Shown: positions 37,529 to 48,091 of the stretch, in pieces
How positions within the stretch are numbered: the first letter of the stretch is position 1
Layout: each line of letters opens with the position of its first letter
From: Candidatus Magasanikiibacteriota bacterium
Lineage (GTDB): Bacteria > Patescibacteriota > Patescibacteriia > Magasanikbacterales > UBA922
Assembly: GCA_903837125.1 (NCBI GenBank)
Contig: CAILTG010000097.1
Span: forward strand, 1 to 61,213
Length of the DNA stretch: 61,213 nt
Direction: 5' to 3'
Notes under the pieces: generated by a model
Seen by the model: only the letters and a program-made list of their open reading frames with translations
Told to the model about the DNA's origin: nothing
The model's database searches: none
Translations under genes and position numbers: made by a program

Positions 37529-38776
37529 TTATCGCTGATGTATCTTTGCATGGGTATTTTTCTTTGGATCAAATTGTAAATTAATTGGGCTAATCTCACG
37601 CAATCTCTTAACTATACCTGGCAAATACTTCATCACATAATCAATGTCAGCTTTGGTATTACAATGCCCCAAAGTAAACCGCAAACTACCATGTGCATAC
37701 TCATAAGGTAAACCACAAGCTAAAAGTACATGAGATGGCTCTAGTGAAGTGGAAGTACAAGCAGAACCAGTAGAACAACAGATTCCTTTAGCATCCAAAT
37801 ACAAGAGTAAAGCCTCGCCTTCAATGTCCAGAATAGAAAAATTTAAATTGTTTGGTAAACGTACTGATTCATTACCTAAATCCGGACCATTCAATCTTAC
37901 TTTTTCAATTTTTTTATAAACCTGCTCCCAAAAATAATTTCTTAAATCTACTAAACGCATATTTTCATCCAACCTATTTTCTTGCGCTAATTCCAAAGCT
38001 TTAGCCAAACCAACAATTCCTGGAATATTTTCTGTGCCGGAACGCAGATTCATTTCTTGTCCGCCACCAAAAATTAAAGGTTGAATTTCTGCTCCTCTTC
38101 TTTTATACAATACCCCTACACCTTTGGGACCATATATTTTACTGCCATTTAAAGTCATTAAATCCACATGCAATTTTTCCACACTAAGTTCTAATACCCC
38201 AGCGGCCTGACAAGCATCCGTATGAAAATATGGATAAATTGTATTATTTATTTTTCGATATTTCAAAATTTCCTTACCAACATCAGCAATCGGTTCTACT
38301 GTACCAATTTCATTATTGGCATACATAATACTGACTAAAATTGTATTAGTACGAATTGCGGCAAATACTCTTTTAGGAGAAATAAAACCCTGACTATCAG
38401 GCTCCAAATAAGTGACCTCAAAACCTTCATTTTTTAATTGTTCCACTGAATGCAAAACCGCATGATGTTCAATTTTAGTGGTAATAATGTGACGACCATG
38501 TAACTTATGTTTACGAGCTATTCCTAAAACGGCTAAATTATCTGACTCTGTTCCCCCGCCAGTAAAAATAATATTATCTGGCAACGCCTGCAAAATTTGT
38601 GCTACACTCCGCCTGGCATCATTTAAAACGCCATTCACTTCTAAAGCTGAAGCATACAAAGCCGAAGGGTTGGCAAATTTAGTACACCAAAAAGGCTCCA
38701 TGACCTTTTTTACTTGTAGGTCAACATAAGTGGTGGCTGCATGGTCAAAATAATAAATTCTTTTTTTATTCGGCAT
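37529..38776 (-). CDS. nifS: cysteine desulfurase (NifS/IscS type)
   Basis: PLP-lysine context LNGSKIYGPKG and active-site STGSACTS. 415 aa. Confidence 0.93.
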   Translation of the reverse strand: MPNKKRIYYFDHAATTYVDLQVKKVMEPFWCTKFANPSALYASALEVNGVLNDARRSVAQILQALPDNIIFTGGGTESDNLAVLGIARKHKLHGRHIITTKIEHHAVLHSVEQLKNEGFEVTYLEPDSQGFISPKRVFAAIRTNTILVSIMYANNEIGTVEPIADVGKEILKYRKINNTIYPYFHTDACQAAGVLELSVEKLHVDLMTLNGSKIYGPKGVGVLYKRRGAEIQPLIFGGGQEMNLRSGTENIPGIVGLAKALELAQENRLDENMRLVDLRNYFWEQVYKKIEKVRLNGPDLGNESVRLPNNLNFSILDIEGEALLLYLDAKGICCSTGSACTSTSLEPSHVLLACGLPYEYAHGSLRFTLGHCNTKADIDYVMKYLPGIVKRLREISPINLQFDPKKNTHAKIHQR

Positions 38777-39197
38777 ACTTAGTTAGTTCTAAAATACTAT
38801 ACTTTGATAAATAATTAACAATTTCCTTATTAAAACCACAAAATATTTTTCTAGTTTCACAATTTTTTTCTTTATCACAATGACAACCATTTTTTAAACA
38901 ATCACAAACTGCATACTCACCTTCTACTGCCTCTACAATATCCTTCAATTTTAATTTTTTTGGATCAGCTTTTAAATAATAGCCGCCATGTGCACCCTTG
39001 TTAGCTTCAATTATACCTGCTTGTTTTAAACTCCGTGCTATTCTTTGTAAAAATAAGAAAGAAATTTTACTATCTTCTGAAAAATGTCGCAAACTCAATA
39101 ATTCCCCTTTTTTTAATCGCAATAAGGCCAAAGTTAACTGCAACCCATAATCAAGCTGCTTGGTAAATTGAAACATAAAACTACAAATCTTACCCAC
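38766..39197 (-). CDS. Rrf2 family transcriptional regulator (IscR-like)
   Basis: Winged-helix N-terminus plus a Cys cluster CDCLKNGCHC. It heads the Fe-S operon. An alternative start is M8 at 39176. Confidence 0.8.
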   Translation of the reverse strand: MGKICSFMFQFTKQLDYGLQLTLALLRLKKGELLSLRHFSEDSKISFLFLQRIARSLKQAGIIEANKGAHGGYYLKADPKKLKLKDIVEAVEGEYAVCDCLKNGCHCDKEKNCETRKIFCGFNKEIVNYLSKYSILELTKYAE

Positions 39198-39333
39198 TAA
39201 TCAATATTAATAACGACCAGTGATTAATAATTAAGTAATTTAATCATATACCAAGCGAGTATGAAATGTCAAATACCCTTCTCTTTTAACAATACCACCC
39301 GTCAGGGTGGTTTAATGTTATAACTTTTAACTT

Positions 39334-39915
39334 TCAAAAAGGCAACGTCAAATTTATATTTTTGCCATTAAGATGCTGATTATTGGAAATAACTATTGGT
39401 TCAAAATTGACCGGCAGAGGCACTAGTTCTCCTGCCAAATTTGAATAATATAACATTCTATTTTTTCTCCCATATTCATAAATACCTTTCGTTACTAACA
39501 CATCCTGCTCACAATACTTTTTTATTTCAGCAATTTTTCCCTCAACCCACCATTTTTGCGCTTGCAAACCATCAGCACTTTTTTTAATTTGCAAAGTGGC
39601 CTTAGCAATATCATTAAGTTTAAAACGAGAACCGGTTGATTCTTTAATGACTTTTAAAATATCCAAATGAGGAAACTTTAATAAATCCCCAGTATAATAT
39701 TTATTCAAAATTGGCATATCAAAATGCTCGCTGTTGTAACCAATGGTCCGCTCGGCTTTTTCTAAAATCGGCCATAAATTATTCAACTCTGATTCTTCAA
39801 AACTAGTGTATTTATTTGTCTCATATTCGTAAATAGAGACCACAGTTACTTTAAGATTTTTAAAATCTTGAATATCGCCAATAGTTTCAATATCTAGCAC
39901 AATTTCACGAGACAT
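39334..39915 (-). CDS. DEDDy-type 3'-5' exonuclease (PolB-exo-like)
   Basis: Exo motifs VLDIETIG, YNSEHFDMPIL and YCEQDVLVT. 193 aa. Confidence 0.75.
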   Translation of the reverse strand: MSREIVLDIETIGDIQDFKNLKVTVVSIYEYETNKYTSFEESELNNLWPILEKAERTIGYNSEHFDMPILNKYYTGDLLKFPHLDILKVIKESTGSRFKLNDIAKATLQIKKSADGLQAQKWWVEGKIAEIKKYCEQDVLVTKGIYEYGRKNRMLYYSNLAGELVPLPVNFEPIVISNNQHLNGKNINLTLPF

Positions 39916-39945
39916 AATAATTTGTTATTAAATATCAGATATTAG

Positions 39946-40020
39946 GTTTTAGGTGTTAGGTTATAAATATTAACTCTTAATTATAAAGTTAATAATGTCC
40001 ACAACCTAACACCTAAAAAC
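39946..40020. repeat. long-loop 'stutter' hairpin
   Basis: GTTTTAGGTGTTAGGTT (39946-39962) faces AACCTAACACCTAAAAAC (40003-40020). The arms are reiterated TAGGT units. Confidence 0.7.
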
Positions 40021-40052
40021 TCTAAGCCGAGTTATTTTAACACAAATTTTAA

Positions 40053-40082
40053 AATAAAAAAAGACCGGCAGCTGCCGGCCAG
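40053..40082 (-). terminator. intrinsic terminator after the PEBP gene
   Basis: Perfect palindrome CCGGCAGCTGCCGG followed by a T-run on the minus strand. Confidence 0.8.
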
Positions 40083-40087
40083 ACAAT

Positions 40088-40603
40088 TTATTTACTTCGT
40101 TGATATTTCCCCATCAATTCCGCCTGGGTAATAATATGCCCCACCATTACTTTATTTAATTTAGAAACATTTGCACTACTTTCCAAATTCAAATAATCAT
40201 CAAGCGCAAACAGTTTAAAATAATAACGATGCACACCGCTTGGTGGACATGGTCCATGATAGCCAGTGGTGTTGGCACTAGTAAGCCCTTGAATTGCACC
40301 TTCTACTGACCCAGAAATTCTAGTGATTTGCGGACTTATGTTCCACATTGTCCAATGTGTCCAAGTGCCTGCGGGTGCATCTGGATCATCAACAATCAAC
40401 ACCAAAGATTTAGCGCTTTCGGGCACGGCACCAATATTTAACTCTGGTAAATTATTTCCTCCATCGCAAGTAAGTTCTACAGGAATTAATCCTTCATTTT
40501 GAAAATTTGGACTACTTATATTCATATTAATTTGTTTATTAGTTGCTAAACAAATATTCCCATTCCCAACAAAAAAATAATTAACAATTTTTTCATAAAA
40601 CAA
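40088..40603 (-). CDS. YbhB/YbcL (PEBP/Raf-kinase-inhibitor-like) family protein
   Basis: [12 protein letters not shown] and [10 protein letters not shown] motifs. The likely true start is M27 at 40525. Confidence 0.85.
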   Translation of the reverse strand: MFYEKIVNYFFVGNGNICLATNKQINMNISSPNFQNEGLIPVELTCDGGNNLPELNIGAVPESAKSLVLIVDDPDAPAGTWTHWTMWNISPQITRISGSVEGAIQGLTSANTTGYHGPCPPSGVHRYYFKLFALDDYLNLESSANVSKLNKVMVGHIITQAELMGKYQRSK

Positions 40604-40635
40604 ACTGCTCTTAACAAGTATTATAATATTTTTCT

Positions 40636-40989
40636 TTAATCTTTGCTATCTTTTGTTGAACTTAACAGATAGGTACTAATAAATACCACAATAATTGTAA
40701 CCACTAAAGCATAAAAAAACTTAACAAATAAGGTGTTTTTAGCTAAGGGAAACAGATAATCAATTAGACCTTTCACAGCATCATTCCAGGCCAAACCAGC
40801 AACTAGACCAAGTGCGGCCACTATATAGCCAGCCGTTTGCCGCCTGATTGTTTGTTTAAAATTTTCTTGCTGTTTTTTTACTATTACTAATTTTTCGTTC
40901 TTAGATTCATTTAACATATAATAAAAAACAATTAAATACCCCACCCCACATATATCACGGGACGGGGTATTTTTTATTATTAAATTCAA
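40636..40989 (-). CDS. hypothetical membrane protein (117 aa)
   Basis: Two C-terminal TM helices; no motif recognised. Confidence 0.55.
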   Translation of the reverse strand: MNLIIKNTPSRDICGVGYLIVFYYMLNESKNEKLVIVKKQQENFKQTIRRQTAGYIVAALGLVAGLAWNDAVKGLIDYLFPLAKNTLFVKFFYALVVTIIVVFISTYLLSSTKDSKD

Positions 40990-41229
40990 TTATTTATTTT
41001 CAATATTCACTGGCTGATTGTTATTATTACATTTTTTGCTGAATACATAGATATACAATATTTCCAAAATCCCCAAAGTATTGACCATACAAAAAACCAC
41101 AAACCAACCTAAATTATTATTACGTGCCGACTTCCACAAAGCGAGGGCCTTCCACACAGCAGACCACACCACTGCCAAAACTAAAACCCAAACAAAATCC
41201 GTGAAATAAGCTACAAAATTGTTATCCAT
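40990..41229 (-). CDS. hypothetical small membrane protein (79 aa)
   Basis: Two TM helices. The stop abuts the start of the next ORF. Confidence 0.55.
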   Translation of the reverse strand: MDNNFVAYFTDFVWVLVLAVVWSAVWKALALWKSARNNNLGWFVVFCMVNTLGILEILYIYVFSKKCNNNNQPVNIENK

Positions 41230-41254
41230 AAAATTTTTGTTAAAAATAAAACTT

Positions 41255-41998
41255 TTATGATCTTATATCACTTTGTTCTTTATGATATGGTTTTTTAAAA
41301 AATGTTGTCCAAAAGAAATTTACACCATACCTAGCACCCATAATAAAAATTCCTTCTGCCTTTAATCTTCGTCCTGAGGCAAAAATTGGCAACTTAAACG
41401 TAAATTTTACTTTGCCAACTTTATGCAAACGACGAGCCACGTCGGTATCTTAACCATAAAAATCAAATTCATTACTAAAACCACCAATTTTTTCAAAAGC
41501 TGAACGGCGAAAAATATAATTTCCACCTTGAAGCATTGAACCTACTCTAAAAATATGACGATTAAAAATATATCCAATATATCCCAAATAATAAAAAGTT
41601 CTAACCATTAAATTAATTTTTAAAGGTTGATCATAAATAACAAATGGACCACTTAAGGCCACTAATTCTTGATCAGCAGCAAATTCCTCAAAAACTTTTT
41701 TAATCCAGCCTGTGGGTAAAATAGTATCGGCATCTACGTTGGCAACCAAATCGCCGGTAGAGGCCAAATAACCGGCCTTACGCGCATTAACCAAGCCCTT
41801 GTTAGGCTCTCTAACAATTCTTACCCATGGGTAAGAAGCAGCAATTTCTTCTGTACTATCAGTAGAAGCATTATTAACCACTATTACTTCTATTTCGGAT
41901 AAATAATTTTGCCTTTCTTTCAAAATTGAACCTAGGCAATTACGTATATAATTTTGTTCATTATAGGCCGGAACAACAATACTTAATTTCATAAACAA
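41255..41998 (-). pseudogene. family 2 glycosyltransferase interrupted by one in-frame TAA
   Basis: The N-terminal ORF (VVPAYNE, DADT) ends in ...EFDFYG-TAA. The same frame continues DTDVARRLHKVGKVKF..., so TAA at 41450-41452 sits where the GT2 'ED' glutamate (GAA) is expected. Confidence 0.75.
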
Positions 41999-42001
41999 TA
42001 A

Positions 42002-42682
42002 TCATTTAACATTCAGAGACCTTAATTTAAAAAATTGATAAATAATTTCCCAAACTGAAATAGTTTTTAGAATATCTTTAATCATTTTTACGTCACCCCT
42101 TATTCCCTGCCACCAATCACCTTTTTGATATTTCCAAGGACTAATGACATTTTTCCAAAAAACTATTTTTATTTTCAACTTATTTTTTATTATTAATTTA
42201 TTTAAAAATGATTCAAAACCAAAACGGGGTAATTTGGCAATCTGGGGTAAACACCTTTCAATTAACTCTTTGGGTATCAGACGCTCACCAGAAAAAATAT
42301 CCACACCTATTATCCGATCCAACCAGGGGCTATTTTTTCGAAGGCTGATACTTATATCGGCTTGTTTACTAATAACCGGTTCTATTAAATCAGAAATATC
42401 TTGGGCTGTTAAACCGATCAAATCAGCATCCAAAAAAAACAGTAACTCTCCACCAGCAGCCATTATACCACTAATTAAGGCCTGTGTTTTACCCAAATTT
42501 CGGGTGTGATTTATCAATTTTACATCAGGGAACCTCTGCACCACCTCATTAGTATTATCATTTGAAGCATCATCCACCACAATTATTTCAGTAATCTGAG
42601 AGTGATGGCTTACTACTTGCAAAACATTTGCAATCCGCGGTCCCTCATTGTATACTGGAACAATACAAGAAATTTTTTGCAT
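42002..42682 (-). CDS. family 2 glycosyltransferase (Dpm1/GtrB-like)
   Basis: IVPVYNE and LDADL motifs. 226 aa. Confidence 0.85.
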   Translation of the reverse strand: MQKISCIVPVYNEGPRIANVLQVVSHHSQITEIIVVDDASNDNTNEVVQRFPDVKLINHTRNLGKTQALISGIMAAGGELLFFLDADLIGLTAQDISDLIEPVISKQADISISLRKNSPWLDRIIGVDIFSGERLIPKELIERCLPQIAKLPRFGFESFLNKLIIKNKLKIKIVFWKNVISPWKYQKGDWWQGIRGDVKMIKDILKTISVWEIIYQFFKLRSLNVK

Positions 42683-42774
42683 GCAAAAAATGTTAACATA
42701 GTCCTTAGCTAATTATTATACAACAATATTCAATGTTCGGCAAATGCAATTATTAACACTAATACTTATCATAA

Positions 42775-43359
42775 ATGTTTTTTTCTCTTTCACAAATATT
42801 AAACTGGCTCATTATTTACAAATACCTAGTACTCTTTCCTATTGCTGTAATTGAAGGACCCATAATTACTATTATTAGCGGTTTTTTGGTTTCTTTAGGA
42901 TCTTTAAATTTTCTAACCGCTTACCTGGTGTTGATTTCTGGCGATATGGTAGGTGATCTTTTTTATTATTCATTGGGCTATTTTGGCAGAATTCAATTTA
43001 TCAATCGATGGGGAAAATATCTTGGTTTTAAACTAGAACAAATTAGTGCTTTAGAAAAACACTACTCTAAGCATGGCGGCAAAACACTGCTCTTGGGAAA
43101 ATTTACCCAAATAGGCGGGGGTCCGGTCTTGGTTACAGCAGGAATAATCAAGATGCCCTTGAAGAAATTTTTATTTTATAATTTTGTCTTTACTGTTCCT
43201 AAGTCATTAGTTTTATTGATTGTTGGTTTTTATTTTGGACAAGCTTATGAACAAATAAATAAGTATTATAACAAAATAGGATTAATAATAACCATTCTAT
43301 TGTTCATCGTTTTAGGTGTATATATTTTTTGGCGTCTTCTTAAAAAACGATCTTCTTAA
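42775..43359 (+). CDS. DedA family membrane protein
   Basis: 194 aa, polytopic, with a DedA/SNARE-associated pattern. It is one of only four plus-strand genes in the window. Confidence 0.8.
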   Translation: MFFSLSQILNWLIIYKYLVLFPIAVIEGPIITIISGFLVSLGSLNFLTAYLVLISGDMVGDLFYYSLGYFGRIQFINRWGKYLGFKLEQISALEKHYSKHGGKTLLLGKFTQIGGGPVLVTAGIIKMPLKKFLFYNFVFTVPKSLVLLIVGFYFGQAYEQINKYYNKIGLIITILLFIVLGVYIFWRLLKKRSS

Positions 43360-43817
43360 AATCCTCCGCCAAATCCTTGACCAGTTGATGAGGTAGCTCC
43401 GGCTGGTACTAACTGTATTGAATTGGCAGTAATACTACCATCTGAGTTTGCTGTACCACGAACCGAAATATTTTGTCCAACCATTACATCTTTAGTAGTA
43501 ATGTCCACAGTTTTACGAACTGAGGTAGAAGAAGTATAAAGAATAACTTTTGATCCAGCGTTATTACCGGCCTGTACAGTAATGGTTGTTTGATCCTTAG
43601 TTACCACTTGACCCGCAACCATACCACCACCAGCAGCAGCAGCACCAGCGCCTCTGGTTGTGCCTGCTCCACCTTGTCTGGCACCGGTTCTAGCCGCAAA
43701 TTGAGAATTAGCTGTGCCGACCGTATTTTTTGAAGCACCATATTTATCTCCAGCATAAAAAGTTCCAGCGCCAACCATAATTAAAACGACGATGAAAATT
43801 GTCCATGTTTTTTTCAT
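43356..43817 (-). CDS. membrane-anchored Gly/Ala-rich protein with C-terminal beta domain
   Basis: 153 aa: TM helix, G/A-rich linker, then a ...VGQNISVRGTANSDGSITANSIQLV pattern. The pattern is similar to the 47582-48082 protein. Confidence 0.6.
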   Translation of the reverse strand: MKKTWTIFIVVLIMVGAGTFYAGDKYGASKNTVGTANSQFAARTGARQGGAGTTRGAGAAAAGGGMVAGQVVTKDQTTITVQAGNNAGSKVILYTSSTSVRKTVDITTKDVMVGQNISVRGTANSDGSITANSIQLVPAGATSSTGQGFGGGF

Positions 43818-43843
43818 ACATTTAACATTAATTTATTAATAAA

Positions 43844-45067
43844 TTACTCATATCTTAAGGCATCAATGGGATTAAGCCGAGCTGCACGACGGGCCGGATA
43901 ATAACCAAAAACAATTCCAATTAAGGCCGATACTCCAAAAGCCAAACCAACAGCTGAAAAAGAAACTTGACCGGCTATTCCAGCAAATTTGGTTACAGCC
44001 AATGAAAGTAACCAACCCAAAACAACACCTAAAACACCACCAGTAAATGTTAAGGTCACTGCTTCTAATAAAAATTGCATGCTAATATCGCTTTTATCTG
44101 CTCCAATAGCTTTTCGCAAACCGATTTCCCGCGTACGTTCGGTAACTGTAGTCAACATCATGTTCATAATTCCAATACCTCCAACTAAAAGAGAAATACC
44201 AGCAATTGACGCCAAAAGATAAGTTAGGGTATTAGTTATGGTAGAAGCTGAGGCCAAAATATCTGCTTGAGTTAATACAGAAAAATCTGCCAAAGTTGCA
44301 TCTGAAATTTTATGGCGCTCTAAAAGCAAATTGGTAATTTCTTGCTTAAGTGAATCCATAGAGTTTGCATCAACTGCCTCAATACCAATACTAGTAATGA
44401 AAGTACCACCAGCCAGAAAATGCTGAGCAGTAGATATTGGCACGTAGATTGTATCATCAGGATTGTTGAAACCACTACCACCTTTGGCCACGGTAACGCC
44501 AATTACCTTAAACTCTATTTTGTTGATTTTAATTGTTTGGCCAACAGCTGTACCGCCTACTCCAAACAAATCATCTCTAGTTGATGGCCCAAGGACGGCC
44601 ACCTTATTTAAGGATTCAACATTTTGACTATTAATAAATGCGCCTTCACCAATCTGGACATTGTGAACGTTTAAATAATCAGCCACTGTGCCAATTATTG
44701 AGGTATTGGTATTTAAACCTTTCGCCGTCACTTGATAACGTTTGGTTGTTTCAGGCGAAGTTGCTTTAGCCAAAGTTACAGAGCTTTTTATTGCATCCGC
44801 ATCAGCCTGAGTAAGAGTTTGGGCCGATCCTCTGCCAGCGCTTACTTGCGTTCCCGCTCCTCTAGGTGCTCCTGGAGAAACCGTTACTAAATTTGATCCC
44901 GCTGATTGGATGCTGGTTTGGATATTACTTGATGCCCCTTGTCCAACTGCCACCATGGCAATCACTGATCCAATACCAATAACAATTCCGAGAACAGTTA
45001 AAAAAGAACGAACTTTATTCGCTGAAAGCGACCAATAAATTTCTTCAAAAACATCAATAATCTTCAT
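43844..45067 (-). CDS. ABC transporter permease, MacB/FtsX type
   Basis: 407 aa: TM1, a large periplasmic domain, then the C-terminal FtsX three-TM bundle. Confidence 0.88.
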   Translation of the reverse strand: MKIIDVFEEIYWSLSANKVRSFLTVLGIVIGIGSVIAMVAVGQGASSNIQTSIQSAGSNLVTVSPGAPRGAGTQVSAGRGSAQTLTQADADAIKSSVTLAKATSPETTKRYQVTAKGLNTNTSIIGTVADYLNVHNVQIGEGAFINSQNVESLNKVAVLGPSTRDDLFGVGGTAVGQTIKINKIEFKVIGVTVAKGGSGFNNPDDTIYVPISTAQHFLAGGTFITSIGIEAVDANSMDSLKQEITNLLLERHKISDATLADFSVLTQADILASASTITNTLTYLLASIAGISLLVGGIGIMNMMLTTVTERTREIGLRKAIGADKSDISMQFLLEAVTLTFTGGVLGVVLGWLLSLAVTKFAGIAGQVSFSAVGLAFGVSALIGIVFGYYPARRAARLNPIDALRYE

Positions 45068-45077
45068 AAAATTAAAT

Positions 45078-45761
45078 TTAATGCTTCACTGCTTCGTCTT
45101 TTAAAACCAAACCGTCTCTGATATAAATAATTCGATTGGCATGCATTGCCACATCATGTTCATGAGTAATAAGTAAAATAGTATGCCCTTTTTCATTTAA
45201 CTGTTTAAAAGTCCCCAAAACGACTTCTCCAGTTTGAGTGTCCAAATTACCAGTAGGTTCATCAGCTAAAATGAGCGAAGGATTATTTACCAGTGCTCGC
45301 GCAATCGCCACCCGTTGCATTTGACCTCCTGAAAGCTGATTGGATAAATGATTAAAATGTTCTTCATCCATACCTGCTTTAATCAGTGATTCTTTGGCTA
45401 TTTTTTCACGTTCTACTTTTGGAACTCCAGCATACAAAAGTGGCAAGGCTACATTCCTAATCACACTAGTACGAGGCAACAAATTAAATGACTGAAAAAC
45501 AAAACCAATTTTTTCTTTACGTATTTTAGCCAGTTCTTCCTCTGACAATTTAGATACATCTTTACCATCCAATAAATATGTTCCTGAACTTGATGTGTCT
45601 AAGGCGCCTAAAATATGCATCAAGGTAGATTTTCCAGAACCTGATGGCCCCATAATAGCTACATACTCACCATCTTTTATGGTAAAGGTTACACCTTTCA
45701 AGGCTTGAAAATCTACATCTCCAGTATGATAATTTTTAATAATATTTTTAACTTCAATCAT
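45078..45761 (-). CDS. ABC transporter ATP-binding protein, MacB/LolD type
   Basis: GPSGSGKST, LSGGQMQR and ILADEPTGNLD motifs. Confidence 0.93.
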   Translation of the reverse strand: MIEVKNIIKNYHTGDVDFQALKGVTFTIKDGEYVAIMGPSGSGKSTLMHILGALDTSSSGTYLLDGKDVSKLSEEELAKIRKEKIGFVFQSFNLLPRTSVIRNVALPLLYAGVPKVEREKIAKESLIKAGMDEEHFNHLSNQLSGGQMQRVAIARALVNNPSLILADEPTGNLDTQTGEVVLGTFKQLNEKGHTILLITHEHDVAMHANRIIYIRDGLVLKDEAVKH

Positions 45762-45766
45762 AAAAT

Positions 45767-47572
45767 TTAATTTCCTGGTCTGAAACCGCCGCCGCCACCA
45801 GTAATACCTGGTATTCTAATTCCAGTAGAACTCTGCTGTGCGGTAGTTGTTTTGGTTGTTCCAGAAGTGATAGTTTGAGTAACCACAATATCACCTTCGT
45901 TTAATCCAGAAGTAATTTCAGTCATAGTATCATTGGACAAGCCGGTGGTGACAATTTGCTGGCGAGGAGTTGTTTTAGAAACTACTTGCAAACTTCCAGT
46001 AGTTATTGGACTGAGCTGCACTGATTCCAAAACTTGTACATAACTTTGACTACCTTGAGTTTTTACTGCTGAACTAGGAATAGCTAAAATATCTTGTTTA
46101 ACATTGGTGATAATAGCAGCAGAAACACTCATACCAGACTTGATACGTTCATCTTGTGTTTGAAAATTTATCTGAATATTATAATTTACCACTCCCTGAG
46201 AAACCGTACCTATGGCGTCAATTTTAGATACCACACCGGCCACTGTCAAATCTGGTATAGCATCAAATGTTAAGGTTACATTCTGACCTGCCTTAACTTT
46301 TGACACATCCACTTCATTTAAACTAACATTGGCTATTTTTTGTTGAGTAATTAAAGTAATTACCGAAGCCGAACCAGCAGAATCACCTTTTTGAACGGCT
46401 AAGGTAGCTATTTGCCCATCAAAAGGCGCCCGAATATAATAATTGGCCATTGTTTGTTCTGCATCCAAGAGTGAATTCTGTTTTTGTTGAAGCGCTAATT
46501 GTTGTGATTGAATATCCAAGGCATTGGTACCAGCTTTAAGATCTGCCAAGGATAAAGTTTTTTCAACAATTGTGGTATCCGCATTTACAATATTATCGTT
46601 ATCGGTTTTAATAGAAGTTTGGTCAGTAAGTAAGTTGGTAAGATGACCATTAGTTTGAGATGTATAATTACTAAGGCTTGCCAAGTGAGTATCTGCTAAA
46701 GAAACAGTCCTTAAACGATGTGCTGTTAATGTTCCTTTATAAAACTGAATAAAATTAATAATACTTTTTATGGCATCGGCAACACTCTTAGTAGTATTAT
46801 AAGTTTCATTGATTAAAGAAACTACTGTACTGGTGCTAGAAAACCTGTTACTAACTTTATAAGCAGTAAAATTATCATCATAAAGTTTAGCAGCTTTTAC
46901 ATAAGAATTATAAGCATCATCACGATATTGTTGTGATGCAGAATCATAGGGCAAAGCTGCATTATTATATACGTCAATATTCCACTGACCATTAGTACTT
47001 AAATCGGTTCCGAAGAGCATACTATCAATTCCCTGCATAACGGATGGTAAATCAAGAAAAGTATTAGCCACTTCATTGTAGCCACTATCATACATTTTAA
47101 CTAAATTGTCTTCAGCATATAACTTTGACTGAATTGATTGATCCAAAGAATTCTGTGCCTGTACAAGAGATAATTGATCAACAGGTTGCTGAAGTTTTTG
47201 CATTGCCAATTGTGCAGAAACCAAATTGGCTTTAGCGTCTCTCACTGCTTTTTGGGCAGTTTGATCATCTAAAATTAATAGCAACTGATTGGCTTTTACT
47301 ATATCCCCTTCTTTTACGTAAACTTTCATCACTTGCCCGGAAACTAAAGGTTTAAGGTCAACTGAATCCAAAGTAGAGACCTGGCCACTGCCAGATACGG
47401 AAGCTACAATGGTAGATTTCTGAGCTTTGACGGTTAAATAACTAGTCACACTTGGAATTTGAGTGGCAGAATGATATATAAAATATCCTCCAATAAGAAT
47501 AATTAATCCTACACCAAAAATTAATTTTTTCTTGTTACTTGTGATTTTTTGTAAAAATTGTTCTTTATTCAT
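45767..47572 (-). CDS. HlyD/MacA-like periplasmic adaptor (extended, 601 aa)
   Basis: N-terminal TM helix, lipoyl-like motif VKEGDIVKANQLLL, a long coiled-coil, a beta-barrel, and a G-rich tail. Confidence 0.8.
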   Translation of the reverse strand: MNKEQFLQKITSNKKKLIFGVGLIILIGGYFIYHSATQIPSVTSYLTVKAQKSTIVASVSGSGQVSTLDSVDLKPLVSGQVMKVYVKEGDIVKANQLLLILDDQTAQKAVRDAKANLVSAQLAMQKLQQPVDQLSLVQAQNSLDQSIQSKLYAEDNLVKMYDSGYNEVANTFLDLPSVMQGIDSMLFGTDLSTNGQWNIDVYNNAALPYDSASQQYRDDAYNSYVKAAKLYDDNFTAYKVSNRFSSTSTVVSLINETYNTTKSVADAIKSIINFIQFYKGTLTAHRLRTVSLADTHLASLSNYTSQTNGHLTNLLTDQTSIKTDNDNIVNADTTIVEKTLSLADLKAGTNALDIQSQQLALQQKQNSLLDAEQTMANYYIRAPFDGQIATLAVQKGDSAGSASVITLITQQKIANVSLNEVDVSKVKAGQNVTLTFDAIPDLTVAGVVSKIDAIGTVSQGVVNYNIQINFQTQDERIKSGMSVSAAIITNVKQDILAIPSSAVKTQGSQSYVQVLESVQLSPITTGSLQVVSKTTPRQQIVTTGLSNDTMTEITSGLNEGDIVVTQTITSGTTKTTTAQQSSTGIRIPGITGGGGGFRPGN

Positions 47573-47581
47573 AATATTATT

Positions 47582-48082
47582 CTATTTAGTAGTAGGTGGA
47601 AAAACTCTAATAAATCTAGCCTCTATTTGACCAGTACTACTTGGTACTCCCAAAATAACCACCTTATCATCAGTCTTAAGATCAGCCGGCTGAATAGTTT
47701 TAGGACCCATTCTAATTAGAGTTCTGGTATCAATGACAATATTTTTTTCTACATTATCGTCACCTTTAATATATAAAGTGGAACTGACAGAATCAAATTT
47801 AATTATTGAACCAACAGCACTATTACCACCGCTAAATTCGTTACCACCAAGATTTCCCAAAACACTGCGAGGGGGATTATCGGGAATTTTATTTCTCCCT
47901 AAATCTCTAGGCATGCCAAACAAACGATCATAATTTTCTCCCCAATGATAACTAAATTCCGCCTTATGAAAACCCACCATTATACCCAAAGAAAAAATAA
48001 TCAAAGCCAAAATTAAAAGCCCTACTCCAATTAAAACTCTGGAAATTAATTTTTTATACCAGTCCTCTTTAAAATTAAACAT
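47582..48082 (-). CDS. membrane-anchored hypothetical protein (166 aa)
   Basis: TM helix plus a C-terminal beta domain (DDKVVILGVPSSTGQIEARFIRVF). Confidence 0.6.
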   Translation of the reverse strand: MFNFKEDWYKKLISRVLIGVGLLILALIIFSLGIMVGFHKAEFSYHWGENYDRLFGMPRDLGRNKIPDNPPRSVLGNLGGNEFSGGNSAVGSIIKFDSVSSTLYIKGDDNVEKNIVIDTRTLIRMGPKTIQPADLKTDDKVVILGVPSSTGQIEARFIRVFPPTTK

Positions 48083-48091
48083 AAAAAATGA

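Noticed and set aside
41255-41440. The 61-aa ORF as an independent small gene.
   Set aside because: It is the same reading frame as the upstream GT2 ORF. Its sequence (ARRLHKVGKVKF...SGRRL) is the normal C-terminal part of that enzyme family.
41450-41452. The in-frame TAA in the glycosyltransferase as evidence of stop-codon reassignment.
   Set aside because: TAA terminates many well-delimited genes in this window at the expected protein ends, and this is a single occurrence. A nonsense mutation or a base-call error is the simpler explanation.
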